This document shows, piece by piece, positions 27,917-39,200 of a DNA stretch of 64,000 nucleotides. The notes beneath the pieces were generated by a model that saw nothing but the letters and a program-made list of their open reading frames with translations, was not told where the DNA came from and did no database searches. Source of the DNA: a virus; the IMG/VR virus record IMGVR_UViG_3300037851_000359, positions 1-64,000 of that record; one strand, written 5' to 3'. A program made the position numbers and the translations under genes. Position 1 is the first letter of the stretch. Each line of letters opens with the position of its first letter.

Positions 27917-28537
27917 AGGATTGTATCGAATAGCAACTTCTAATGATAATGTTATATAACAGTGATTTAAGATTCTACTTGTTTCCCAACCATGATATTT
28001 TTGTTCTGGATAATTAAAAGTTCCATTTTTGCATCCATCATCATTAATAGCAATATCTTTAATCCATGTCACATAACCAGATTTTTCATTTCCGCCAATT
28101 TTTCGACCAAAAGCCCCAGAAGAACCACCACCAGCCCCAATATTATTAAATGCATTTGTTCCACCCATTTCAGAATCAGAAACCGCATCTTCTCTGCCTT
28201 TTATATTATCTTGTTTATCTTCAGATTCTTTTACTTGTTCTTGTTCACTTGGTTGTATGTCAATGTTTGTAAATATAGTTACTTCTGAGGTTATGGGTTC
28301 ATTATGTTCAATAATAAAAGGGGTATCTTTAATAGTTTGTTCAATATTATTAACTTTTTCGGGTTCTACTGGAGGCAAATCTACTCTAACCATTCTAACT
28401 GGTGCAGGATCTCTATTAATTGGCGAAGCAATAACAATTACTGCCAAAATAAATATAATTAAAGCATGAAATGATAAAGAAACTACCCAACCAGCAATAG
28501 TGGAGTCGGTTTCCAATTCTTTTTTTTGATTTTTCAT
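27905..28537 (-). CDS. Internally deleted membrane-anchored prenyltransferase/squalene-cyclase-like protein
   Basis: WVVSLSFHALII TM, acidic linker, IGAGGGSSGAFG, then only a C-terminal LSLEVAIRYNPLF motif. Confidence 0.5.
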   Translation of the reverse strand: MKNQKKELETDSTIAGWVVSLSFHALIIFILAVIVIASPINRDPAPVRMVRVDLPPVEPEKVNNIEQTIKDTPFIIEHNEPITSEVTIFTNIDIQPSEQEQVKESEDKQDNIKGREDAVSDSEMGGTNAFNNIGAGGGSSGAFGRKIGGNEKSGYVTWIKDIAINDDGCKNGTFNYPEQKYHGWETSRILNHCYITLSLEVAIRYNPLFK

Positions 28538-28626
28538 TTTTTATTCCTTTATATAATTAACTATAAAATATCAATGAGGTTCATTATAATTTTAAATATA
28601 AATAAAGGTTATAAAAGGAACATTTA

Positions 28627-30153
28627 ATGTCAGCAAATGATATTATTATTAAGGGCGGATTACGATTAGAGAATCTTGAAACAAAAGATAATAATATTGT
28701 TCAAGTCGGTTCTGATGGAAAATTAATTCCTAGTAATTTAACTATTAGTGAAATTATAGCCATATCAGGTAATGTTTATGATTTATACAATAATCAAGTA
28801 ACATTATATGGGGATAAATATTTAAATGATAAATTAATAATAGGTTCAGATGAACCAGAATTTATAGCAGATAATATTCCATCATTATTAATATTTAAAA
28901 CAACAAATACTTACAACTATGAATATTCTACAAATTCAACAATCGTAGTACATTCAAGTGGGAAAGGTTCTGCATTATATACATATTCATTAGGTCTTGA
29001 TAATACAGTATTAGAATTAGGTGGGGTTCATACTGTTATTGATGGCAGTATTAGTCCATCTGGGGAAAGTTTTGGATTAAAAATTGAAAATAATGCAAGT
29101 AATGGTATCGCATATGGTATAAAAGTAAAATCAATTAATGGTGATATCAATAGGGCTGGATTATTTGAAGGAAATTTAGAAACTGATAATTTGTATATTA
29201 ATACATTTACAGTTTCTAATAGTGGAAATTTTTTAACATGGGACCATACCGGCAAATTAGTTGATAGTGGTTATAATGGATCAAATATAAGTGGATCGCC
29301 AACTTCATTAACTACTTCTATAACTTCAGATTTGAGTGTCGGAGCAATAGTTGCTGGGGATGTTATACCAAGTGGAACGGATTTAGAAGATTTCATTAAT
29401 TTATTAATAAAAACCACATTTTATCCAACTTTTACAGCACCATCCTTTTCATTATCTAAAAGTATTTCAAATACAATTGAAATAGGAACCATTATAAATG
29501 TTACATTAACTGCCAATTTAAATAGAGGGGCTATTACAGGAAATTTAAGTTCTGGCATTTGGAACCCAAGTTTATTCCAAAATTATAGATCAGGGACCGC
29601 TAGTAGTTACATTATAAATTCTATTAACAATGGAACAAATAATATATTAACTATTAATAATTATCAAATTGTACCAGGAAACCAAAATTGGTCGGCAACT
29701 GCAAACTATAATATAGGACCGCAACCATTAGATTCTAAAGGAAATAACTATCTGACACCGTTAGCGGCAGGATCGTTAAATGCAACCTCATCAAATACAA
29801 ATGGAGTCCGGTTATGTTTTTGGGGGACTGATAATTCAATCACACTCCCAAACACGTCAGTATATATTAGAGCATTATCAAATAATTCTTTAAATCCTAG
29901 TAATGGCACAACATTTTCAATTTCAATTCCAATTGGAACACAAACCGTTATTTTTGCATATCCCAACACATTACAAGCGGTATCGTCTGTCAAATACGTT
30001 GAAGGATTAAATGCAGAAGTTAAAGGTATTTTTACCTTAGTAAATTTTAATGTTGAATCAGCAAACGCATATGATTCGATATCTTATAAAATATATTATT
30101 ACAGCCCTGCTGTTCCTTTTTCAGCAATAGCAACATATAATGTTACCATATAA
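28627..30153 (+). CDS. Tail/fibre structural protein
   Basis: Ser/Thr/Asn/Gly-rich beta-type sequence; late promoter 28597..28604. Confidence 0.75.
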   Translation: MSANDIIIKGGLRLENLETKDNNIVQVGSDGKLIPSNLTISEIIAISGNVYDLYNNQVTLYGDKYLNDKLIIGSDEPEFIADNIPSLLIFKTTNTYNYEYSTNSTIVVHSSGKGSALYTYSLGLDNTVLELGGVHTVIDGSISPSGESFGLKIENNASNGIAYGIKVKSINGDINRAGLFEGNLETDNLYINTFTVSNSGNFLTWDHTGKLVDSGYNGSNISGSPTSLTTSITSDLSVGAIVAGDVIPSGTDLEDFINLLIKTTFYPTFTAPSFSLSKSISNTIEIGTIINVTLTANLNRGAITGNLSSGIWNPSLFQNYRSGTASSYIINSINNGTNNILTINNYQIVPGNQNWSATANYNIGPQPLDSKGNNYLTPLAAGSLNATSSNTNGVRLCFWGTDNSITLPNTSVYIRALSNNSLNPSNGTTFSISIPIGTQTVIFAYPNTLQAVSSVKYVEGLNAEVKGIFTLVNFNVESANAYDSISYKIYYYSPAVPFSAIATYNVTI

Positions 30154-30163
30154 GGAATTATAG

Positions 30164-32632
30164 ATGGCAGAATTGCAATTTCCTCTCCAATTTAAACGGC
30201 AATATTCAGGTCCATTAGATGCAGATTTAGTATTTGATACTATTGTAAACAAAAATACATATCTTTCAAGTCCATTAAGATATGCAGGACAAATTTGTTC
30301 ATGCGTTGAAGAAAATGGCAAAATTTTTATTTTAAACAATACATTAGATGAATGGGTAGAAATTAATACAACTATAATTGGACAGAACGGAATTCAAGTA
30401 ACCAGTACAAACTACAATACCTGGACTATATCAATTACAGGAAATAATTCTTTATCCACATTGTCTGATGTTATTATTACAAATCCTACAAGTGGTCAAA
30501 GTTTAATTTATAATGGCACTAATTGGATAAATCAAGTTATTAGTGGCGGAAATAGCAATGTTTCAGCATTAAATGATTTAACAGATGTTATTATTACAAA
30601 TCCTACAAGTGGTCAAGTTTTAAAATTCAATGGGATCGAATGGATAAATGATAACAATATTGAAACGTCATATTTACATTTAGCAGGAATTATTGATTGT
30701 AATACTACCGATAAAATTTATACAATAAATCATATATATGTTGAAAACACAACACCAATTGTATCAATTATTGCTCCAATGTCTGGTTCTGAATTATTTA
30801 TTGAAAATATATATAATGTCCAACCAACTTTATTTAATGTAGTATTAAGTTCAATACCATCAACAAGTGGTTATCAAATAAGTTGGACCAGAAATAAATT
30901 GAATAATAATATAATAACAACAAATTCATTTTTGAGTTTAATTGATACACCAGCATCATATACCGGAAATGCGAATAAATTTATTGCAGTAACCTCCACA
31001 GAAACGGGTTTAGAATTTAAAACTGTTAATATATCATCAAATCAACATAATGATTTAACTGGTATTCAGGGGGGAAATGTCGGGGAATATTTCCATTTAA
31101 CTAATTCTCAATATTTAGATTATATTGCAAAAACTGAAGTAACTAATATAACGGGAAATCTTCAAACTCAAATTAATAATATTTATGAAGAATCTACTGT
31201 ACTTATTCCTGGTTATGGAATTTCTGTAACTGAATCCCCAACTCAAACCTGGACTATTGATATTACTGGACAATTTGGAGATAATAATTTAAGAACTGAA
31301 ATTGCAAATATTACGGCAAACTTTGAAAATAGAATAATTGATCTAGAAAACAACCCAATTCCTGATATTTTTAGAACGGAAGTTGAACATATTTCAAGCA
31401 ATCTTCAATCACAAATTAATAACAAAGCAAATTCATCAGATCTTAATAATTATACATTATTATCAACTACGTCTTCCTTAACAGGAAATTTACAAACACA
31501 AATTAATGATTTATCTGGAATATATGCCACAAATACTTATGTAAATAATATTTCAAGCAATATTCAAACACAAATATCATTAATATCATTAAATTCATTA
31601 ACAGATGTAACAATAACAAATCCCACGTCAGGAAATATATTATATTATGATGGTACTAATTGGTTAAATTATAATTACTCTGGACAATCTACTGCGTATC
31701 TTAATTTAGCAGGAACGGTAGAATGCAATACAACCGAACAATCATATACGATTAATCATATTCCATTCTCAGATGGAATTCCTATTGTATCTATTGTTGC
31801 CCCAACCTCAAGTTCAAATTTATATATTCAAAATATATATGATATTGATAATGATAATTTTAAAGTTATATTAAGCGATATGCCATCAATAACTGGATAT
31901 AAAATCAATTGGACTATACAAAAACCAAATAATAATATTTCATCATCAAATTCTTTTTTGGGATTAATTGATACTCCCTCAACATATTCAGGGCAATCAG
32001 GAAAACTACTTTCAGTATCTCAAGATGAAACATCATTAGAATTTATAAACGCGACTTCTACAATTCATAATGATTTATTTGGAGTACAAGGAGGAATATC
32101 AGGAGAATATTACCATTTAACTAATATACAATATTTGGATTATATAGGAAAAACAGAAGTTGCTAGTTTATCTGCAAATCTTCAAACCCAAATTGATAAT
32201 ATTAGCGGAAATAATTTATTAAATGATTTAACGGATGTTAGTTTGTCAACTCCGACTTCAGGAAATGTATTATTATATAACGGAAATATTTGGATTAATA
32301 AACCTCTTATTAAAACTATCACAACCATTTACCAAGGAAATCCAATATCAAACAACAAATTAAGTTTTACTAATATTCCATATAATTTAAATATCAACAA
32401 ATATAGAATTACGACAGACGGCAACAATTACTCATCGACGTTAAACTTAGTAAAATCAACAACCATTCCAACATCATCGGATATAATTACCAGTATCACG
32501 TTAACAAATACCAATAATATATCAGGAACCTTAAATATAACTGTTTCAGAAAATGATTTTATAGGATTTATAACACAAGATACCAGTGCTAATTTTTTAA
32601 ATGTTCAACTTTTTGGAAATTTGAAGGATTAA
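30164..32632 (+). CDS. Tail fibre protein with modular repeats
   Basis: LxDLTDV..TxPTSG..L.YNG..W, HNDL.G.QGG..EY.HLT and TGNLQTQI repeats. Confidence 0.8.
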   Translation: MAELQFPLQFKRQYSGPLDADLVFDTIVNKNTYLSSPLRYAGQICSCVEENGKIFILNNTLDEWVEINTTIIGQNGIQVTSTNYNTWTISITGNNSLSTLSDVIITNPTSGQSLIYNGTNWINQVISGGNSNVSALNDLTDVIITNPTSGQVLKFNGIEWINDNNIETSYLHLAGIIDCNTTDKIYTINHIYVENTTPIVSIIAPMSGSELFIENIYNVQPTLFNVVLSSIPSTSGYQISWTRNKLNNNIITTNSFLSLIDTPASYTGNANKFIAVTSTETGLEFKTVNISSNQHNDLTGIQGGNVGEYFHLTNSQYLDYIAKTEVTNITGNLQTQINNIYEESTVLIPGYGISVTESPTQTWTIDITGQFGDNNLRTEIANITANFENRIIDLENNPIPDIFRTEVEHISSNLQSQINNKANSSDLNNYTLLSTTSSLTGNLQTQINDLSGIYATNTYVNNISSNIQTQISLISLNSLTDVTITNPTSGNILYYDGTNWLNYNYSGQSTAYLNLAGTVECNTTEQSYTINHIPFSDGIPIVSIVAPTSSSNLYIQNIYDIDNDNFKVILSDMPSITGYKINWTIQKPNNNISSSNSFLGLIDTPSTYSGQSGKLLSVSQDETSLEFINATSTIHNDLFGVQGGISGEYYHLTNIQYLDYIGKTEVASLSANLQTQIDNISGNNLLNDLTDVSLSTPTSGNVLLYNGNIWINKPLIKTITTIYQGNPISNNKLSFTNIPYNLNINKYRITTDGNNYSSTLNLVKSTTIPTSSDIITSITLTNTNNISGTLNITVSENDFIGFITQDTSANFLNVQLFGNLKD

Positions 32633-32636
32633 AATT

Positions 32637-35600
32637 ATGCCAAATATTTCAACCAATGGAGTATTAATAGCAAACGGAATACAAATTCCAGTATTTTCGG
32701 TAAATATTGGAAACATCATAACATTAGATTCAGCAGGGAATATAATACCGTCAAATGTTCAAGTCACCACAATAACAGGACAAGATCAAGCCATTTTGGA
32801 CGCATTAACCTCCGTTACTGGAAATTTACAAACACAGTTAAATGATATATCAGCTAATTATACTATGTTATCTTTAACAAATTCTATATCAAGTAATATG
32901 CAAACTCAAATAAATACTTTAATAGAGGGATTAAAAGAACCAACTGGTTTTGAGAATCGTACAGATTCTTCAATAAGTTTTGATATTGGTACATTAACAT
33001 TTTCAATTTCAGGCAATCATAATATTTATTCTCATGGTATTAAATATTCAAAATCATCGGCAACCCAAGTTATTAATAATGCTGTAGGTGCTCATTATAT
33101 TTATTATGATTTAAATGGTAATTTAACATATTCACAAACTGTTTGGGATTTATCGACAAATATTCCAATAACTTATATATATCTAGATTCTACATTAACA
33201 AAGGCTTTATTATTTGAAGAACGACATGGTTCCGTAATGGATGCGGAAACTCATAGATATTTACATTTTACCCAAGGGGCACAATTTAAATCAGGTTTGA
33301 CTATTGCTGATTATGTTTTAAATAGCGACACGGTAGATGATAATAAATATTCTATATCATCAGGTGAAATATTTGATGAAGATATTTTAAATAGTATTCC
33401 TGGCATTGCTGATGGTGGTCCTTACAAGGTTGCGTATCGTACTGGAGTTAATGGTGAATGGACTTGGAGTACCACCGAAAGTTATCCATATTTTATTAAT
33501 GCAAATAGCATAAGATATAACCAATATACTGGTGCAACCTGGCAATTAACTGATATTACTACTAATAATAGATGGGTTAATTATTATATTATTGCTTCGA
33601 ATGCTTTAAATGATGGTATTTTAATAATTCCTGGTCAATCAATTTATACATCACTTGCTTTAGCACAAGCAGAATCAATAGCATCATTATCATTAGGCAA
33701 TTTTCCAATAGTTGAAGCGGTTGCGGTTTATCAAGTAACTCATCAATTTAGTACCGCATATGATAACGCTAATGGTCGTGCCAGAATAGTTGCGGTAACA
33801 AATATTAAAAATCAAAAACTTAACGCAACATTAATATCAAATAATACCCATAATAATTTATCTGGATTACAAGGTGGCGTTGCTGGTGAATATTTCCATT
33901 TAACAAGTTCACAATATTCTGATTATATTGGAAAAACTGAAGTTTCTAATATTTCTGGACAACTTCAATCTCAAATTGATGATAAAGCAAATGCTACAGA
34001 CTTAAATAACTATACACTATCAACAACTACCGATTCCATAACGGCAAATCTCCAATCACAAATAAATAACATTTTAAATAATAATATAGATATCAATGGT
34101 ATCAAAACATTTACAAATGATGTAATTATTAATGGGGATTTATTTGTTAATGGTTCACAAATTATTGTAAATTCTACTACAGTAAGTACTTGTGATAATG
34201 TATTGTTTTTAAATGCTGGGGAATTAGGATCAGGCGTCACTAATATTTCTGCTGGATTATTAATAGATCGTGGATCATTAGATAATTATGCAATAATATT
34301 CGATGAAATTTCAGATAGTTTTAAAATTGGTGAAATAAATGATTTACAAAAAGTTGCAACCCGTGAAGATTCCCCAATTAATGGTGGGGTAGCTATTTGG
34401 AATCCTACAGAATATCGTTTCGATACTACTAATAAATATGATACCAATATTCAAAATATTACCGCAAATTATACATTATTGTCTACCACAGCCGGTTTAA
34501 CGGCAAATTTACAATCTCAAATAAATAATGCAGTATTATTAACTGGGGTTCAGACAATTTCCGGCGAAAAAACATTTTTAAATAATATTTTAATTGGGGC
34601 AATTAAAATTGGAAATGGAACTACTACTCCAAAAAATATTTCAATCGGTGATACTTACTATAATTCACAACATGCCAATACAATAGAAGCATTAAAATTG
34701 AAAACGTTCCAAGATAGCGGAAATGCTTCAGGCTTAACATTCACCTACGACGGATCTTTAGCAGCACAAGAATACCATGCCGATATACTAATACCAAATT
34801 CAACCGCACAACATAGATTCTACTCAGGACCAAATCAAATTCCTTTATGGACTATTGATCCAAATTATTGCAAAACCCCTGGAATACTCAAAATAACAAA
34901 TACTACGGACACAACCGCCGCAAGCGAAGGATCATTACAGGTTTATGGCGGGGCTTATATCGCTAAATCTGCAATTATTGGCGATACTGCGTCGGTAAAT
35001 AACGTTGCTCTAACGGTAGGAAACAATCAAAGTGGGGTGGCATTCTTAAGAGCAAGTGATGGTCGTCCAGGCGGTACTCCAACTTATAGAAAAATGGCCT
35101 ACTTATCAATCGGAGGAACACAGGGACAAGCATACGATAGTAGACTTTCTATCTATGGTAGGCAAGATAATATTTCAACGGCACCAGATAATGCTACCTA
35201 CAAATTTGTCAATTCAAATGTTGCCGATGGATATGCCTCTGAATATACATTGTTTGAATGTAATTCATCACGATTTACCATTCCTACCGCAACTACAACT
35301 GGAACAATAACAGTTACGAGACAAGATTTAACAGCAGAAGGGGGAGAAATTCAACTTTGTAGAGCCACTGATAATACTAATTATTATCGTATAGACTGTT
35401 TTGGAACTACAAATACTCCAAACCTAAGAATCTTAAACGATTATGCTAGTTTATTAGAAATTGATTCAAATGGTTTTATTACCATAAATAAATTTACAGG
35501 AAAATGCATACAATTAGGAAATTATACAGGCACTAGCACTTCTGATCCTTGCCAAATTAATCTTGGCGGAACATATAGCGATACAGCAGGATCAAATTTA

Positions 35601-36125
35601 AAAATTAAAATGTTCGATAATGGTAATAGCAGTTTAGATTATGGGTTTGGCGTTTCAGCAAGTCAATTAGATATTCGGGCCGCTGGCGATGCTGATATCG
35701 CTTTCTGGATTGCAACTACAGAAAAATTTACGATAAAAAATAATGGCGATTTAAGTCTTATTAATAATGCAAACATATGGTTGAGAGGAAATGGATTAAC
35801 AGCAGGAAGCGTAAAAATACTTTCAGCGAGTGACAACACTTGCCAAATATCAAGCAATACATCAAATGGTTTATTGATGAAACTTGACGGATTAGATACC
35901 TATCTTTTAATTGGAACTCAAATATCACCAGGAACCAACACGTCCTTAAATACAGAAAGAAATATTAATATTATAGATTCAAATTATGGATATAAGGTAA
36001 ATGATATTCAAGTAGTTGGGGGTCAACAATCTGCCGTTGCTGATGCTACAGGAGCAGGAGATATAGTAGCGCAATTTAATACATTATTATCCCGCCTTCG
36101 TACACATGGGTTAATAGCATCTTGA
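32637..36125 (+). CDS. Long fibre protein with a C-terminal trimerisation motif
   Basis: Shared fibre repeats; ends VADA...FNTLLSRLRTHGLI (head-fibre-type tip). Confidence 0.8.
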   Translation: MPNISTNGVLIANGIQIPVFSVNIGNIITLDSAGNIIPSNVQVTTITGQDQAILDALTSVTGNLQTQLNDISANYTMLSLTNSISSNMQTQINTLIEGLKEPTGFENRTDSSISFDIGTLTFSISGNHNIYSHGIKYSKSSATQVINNAVGAHYIYYDLNGNLTYSQTVWDLSTNIPITYIYLDSTLTKALLFEERHGSVMDAETHRYLHFTQGAQFKSGLTIADYVLNSDTVDDNKYSISSGEIFDEDILNSIPGIADGGPYKVAYRTGVNGEWTWSTTESYPYFINANSIRYNQYTGATWQLTDITTNNRWVNYYIIASNALNDGILIIPGQSIYTSLALAQAESIASLSLGNFPIVEAVAVYQVTHQFSTAYDNANGRARIVAVTNIKNQKLNATLISNNTHNNLSGLQGGVAGEYFHLTSSQYSDYIGKTEVSNISGQLQSQIDDKANATDLNNYTLSTTTDSITANLQSQINNILNNNIDINGIKTFTNDVIINGDLFVNGSQIIVNSTTVSTCDNVLFLNAGELGSGVTNISAGLLIDRGSLDNYAIIFDEISDSFKIGEINDLQKVATREDSPINGGVAIWNPTEYRFDTTNKYDTNIQNITANYTLLSTTAGLTANLQSQINNAVLLTGVQTISGEKTFLNNILIGAIKIGNGTTTPKNISIGDTYYNSQHANTIEALKLKTFQDSGNASGLTFTYDGSLAAQEYHADILIPNSTAQHRFYSGPNQIPLWTIDPNYCKTPGILKITNTTDTTAASEGSLQVYGGAYIAKSAIIGDTASVNNVALTVGNNQSGVAFLRASDGRPGGTPTYRKMAYLSIGGTQGQAYDSRLSIYGRQDNISTAPDNATYKFVNSNVADGYASEYTLFECNSSRFTIPTATTTGTITVTRQDLTAEGGEIQLCRATDNTNYYRIDCFGTTNTPNLRILNDYASLLEIDSNGFITINKFTGKCIQLGNYTGTSTSDPCQINLGGTYSDTAGSNLKIKMFDNGNSSLDYGFGVSASQLDIRAAGDADIAFWIATTEKFTIKNNGDLSLINNANIWLRGNGLTAGSVKILSASDNTCQISSNTSNGLLMKLDGLDTYLLIGTQISPGTNTSLNTERNINIIDSNYGYKVNDIQVVGGQQSAVADATGAGDIVAQFNTLLSRLRTHGLIAS

Positions 36126-36226
36126 TAAATAAAAGAGAGGATCCCAAAAATGACAAACAACATTAACATAATTCAATGCATTTAAAAATCAAAATAATAT
36201 AAATATTTCATAAGGACAATTAAAAA

Positions 36227-39200
36227 ATGCCAAGATTTTCTTTTGACGGAAAAGTTATTGCAGAAACCGGAATTATCGTAGAATCGTTAAATAATAACGA
36301 AAATATCATTTTAATTACTGATATAAATGGAGAAATAAAAAATAGTAATATTAATGTAAATGATTTACTTCTTACCTCGCAACTAAATGCAATAACATCA
36401 AATTATTATTCCAAAAGTGATATTGAAAGTATTTCAGGAAATCTACAGTCTCAAATTGATAGCATTTCTGGGTCAAGTAATAATATTATTATTTCACAAG
36501 GTTATGGAATTTCTGTTGTTGAAGATCCTACTGGAACTTTTACTATTTCCGTTACTGGCGAATTTGGTGATGCAACTCTTAGATCCGAAGTAGAAAATAT
36601 TACTGGACAACTCCAATCTCAAATAAATACAAAAGCAAATACATCGGATTTGAATAACTATACATTATTAACTACTACCGCAGAATTAACTGGACAACTT
36701 CAATCTCAAATAGATTCTTTTAATATTATTGCTGGTTCAAATATTACTGTATATGAAACCCCAGAAAATACATGGACTATATCTGCTGCAATATCTGGTG
36801 GTGGGACAGACCACAATACATTAGCAAATCTACAAGGGGGAACAACTTCACAATATTATCACTTAACCCAATCACAATATTCTAATTATATCGAAAAAAC
36901 TGAAGTCGAAAATGTTACTGCTAACTTTGAAAATAGAATAATTGATTTAGAAAACAACCCGGTTCCTGATATTTTTAGATCAGAAATTGAAAACATTTCA
37001 AGCAATTTACAATCTCAAATAAATACAAAAGCAAATACATCGGATTTAAATAACTATACACTATTAACAACCACGGAATCATTAACCGGAAATATTCAAT
37101 CACAAATTGATGATTTGTATGTAGATTTATATAATTTTGATACGGATCTCCAAACACAATTAATTAATATTTCGTCTAATTTTACGCTATTGTCTACTAC
37201 TGAATTATTAACTGGCAATCTTCAATCTCAAATTAATAATATTTTAGACCAATCAACCATTATTATTCCTGGTTACGGAATTTCTGCTATCGAAGATCCT
37301 TCTAATACATATACAATTTCTGTTTCGGGGCAATTTGTCGATAATAATTTAAGAACTGAAATTGAAACTATTACTGCTAATTTTGATACTAGAATTACTG
37401 ATTTAGAAAATAATCAAACTATTTCTACCGGAGTTATTACCGTTTCTGGCGGTACTATTACCGGATCACTATTTGTATATGACGGAGTATACAATACTGG
37501 AGGTTCATGGACTACTAGTATTATGCCTTCGGGAGAATATTATGGGGTTGCTTATGGTTACGATAAATTTGTTGCGGTTGGATTTAATTCTGCAACACAA
37601 ACTCCTATAATTTCTTATTCACAAGATGGAAAATTTTGGAAATCAGCAACAGTTCCACAACAGCTATTAGATAACGAATCAAGTTTATACGATATTTGTT
37701 ATGGAAACGGAAAATTTGTTGCAACATGCTCAAATTCAGCAACCGAAAATGAAGTAATAATTTATTCAGATGACGGAATTAATTGGACGGTCGCAGTTAC
37801 ACCAAATTCTACATTTCAAACCGAAACCGCAATAACTTATGGTAATGATAGATTCGTTGCGGCTGCTTATAGTGGTGATATTGCAATAATGTATTCTTAC
37901 GATGGAATAAATTGGACCCATGCTGATTCCGTTACCGATTTTGGGTGGCAAGACTTATCTTATTATAATGGTAGATTCTTTGCTGTTGGGGATCAGATTT
38001 TTGGTTATTCAGACAATGGTATCAATTGGGTAATTCAAAACTCTTTCGGATACGAATTTTTTTACATTTTAACTTGTGGAAATGGAATAATATTAGCAAC
38101 AAGCGCATTTTCATCAAATTATACTTTTTATTATTCTACTGACTTTGGAAATAATTGGAATTCAGTTATTATTCCTTCATCACCAACTATTTATGATCTT
38201 ATATTTGCAAATGGCCAATTCATTGGATTAGATTCATTAGGAAATACATATATTTCTAAAGATTGTGAAAATTGGACAATTTTAAATAATATCGAACCAA
38301 ATTCTTATGCTGGTATGTATTATGCAAATGGCATGTTGATTGCCGTTGGTGAAAATTCCTGTGCAATTAACGGTTGGTATAATGGTACTCATTCAGGATC
38401 TTCCACAACTATTTCTGCCGGATCAGGATTGACAATTCATAATGATTTAACAGAAATTCAAGGTGGTACTTCAAACGAATATTATCATTTAACCAATTCT
38501 CAATATTCTGATTATATAGGAAAAACTGAAGTCTTTAATATTACTGGAAACCTCCAATCTCAAATAAATAACAAAGCAAATACCACAGACCTAAATAACT
38601 ATACATTATTAACTACTACTTCCACTTTAACGGGAAACCTCCAATCTCAAATAAATAACTTAAATTTAAATACGTTATCTGATGTTAATATTACAAATGT
38701 AACTGGTGGTCAAATATTATATTACAATGGAAGCAATTGGCAAAATAAAGACCTAAATATTCCTGGTGGTGGTTGGGCATATTCCTCTATTGTTGGATTA
38801 AGTGGAGTCCAGACAACGGGATTGGCATTATATAATCCCATTAAATTTACTAATATTATAGGAAATCATACATTAAATACATATAAAATTAAAATATTAG
38901 CTAATCAAACTGCAATGTTAAAAGCAGGAGTGCGAGCAGAATATACAGCAACTACAGGATGGGCAAAATTCCAATGGTATGATGTTACTAATGCACAATA
39001 TGTTGGGGTGGAAATGCATGCGTTCCCACCAACCTATAATTATCAACAATTTACTGAATCAATCGTAGTTGCAAGAATTTCAACAACCGTAGATACAGAA
39101 TATGAATTGAGAATAACTGGAATTACAGGAGCAATAAGTCAAATAAATGCGGCTTGGGCTACCGCAGAATCCACTGATGCAAACTTTATTGGAAGAACTG

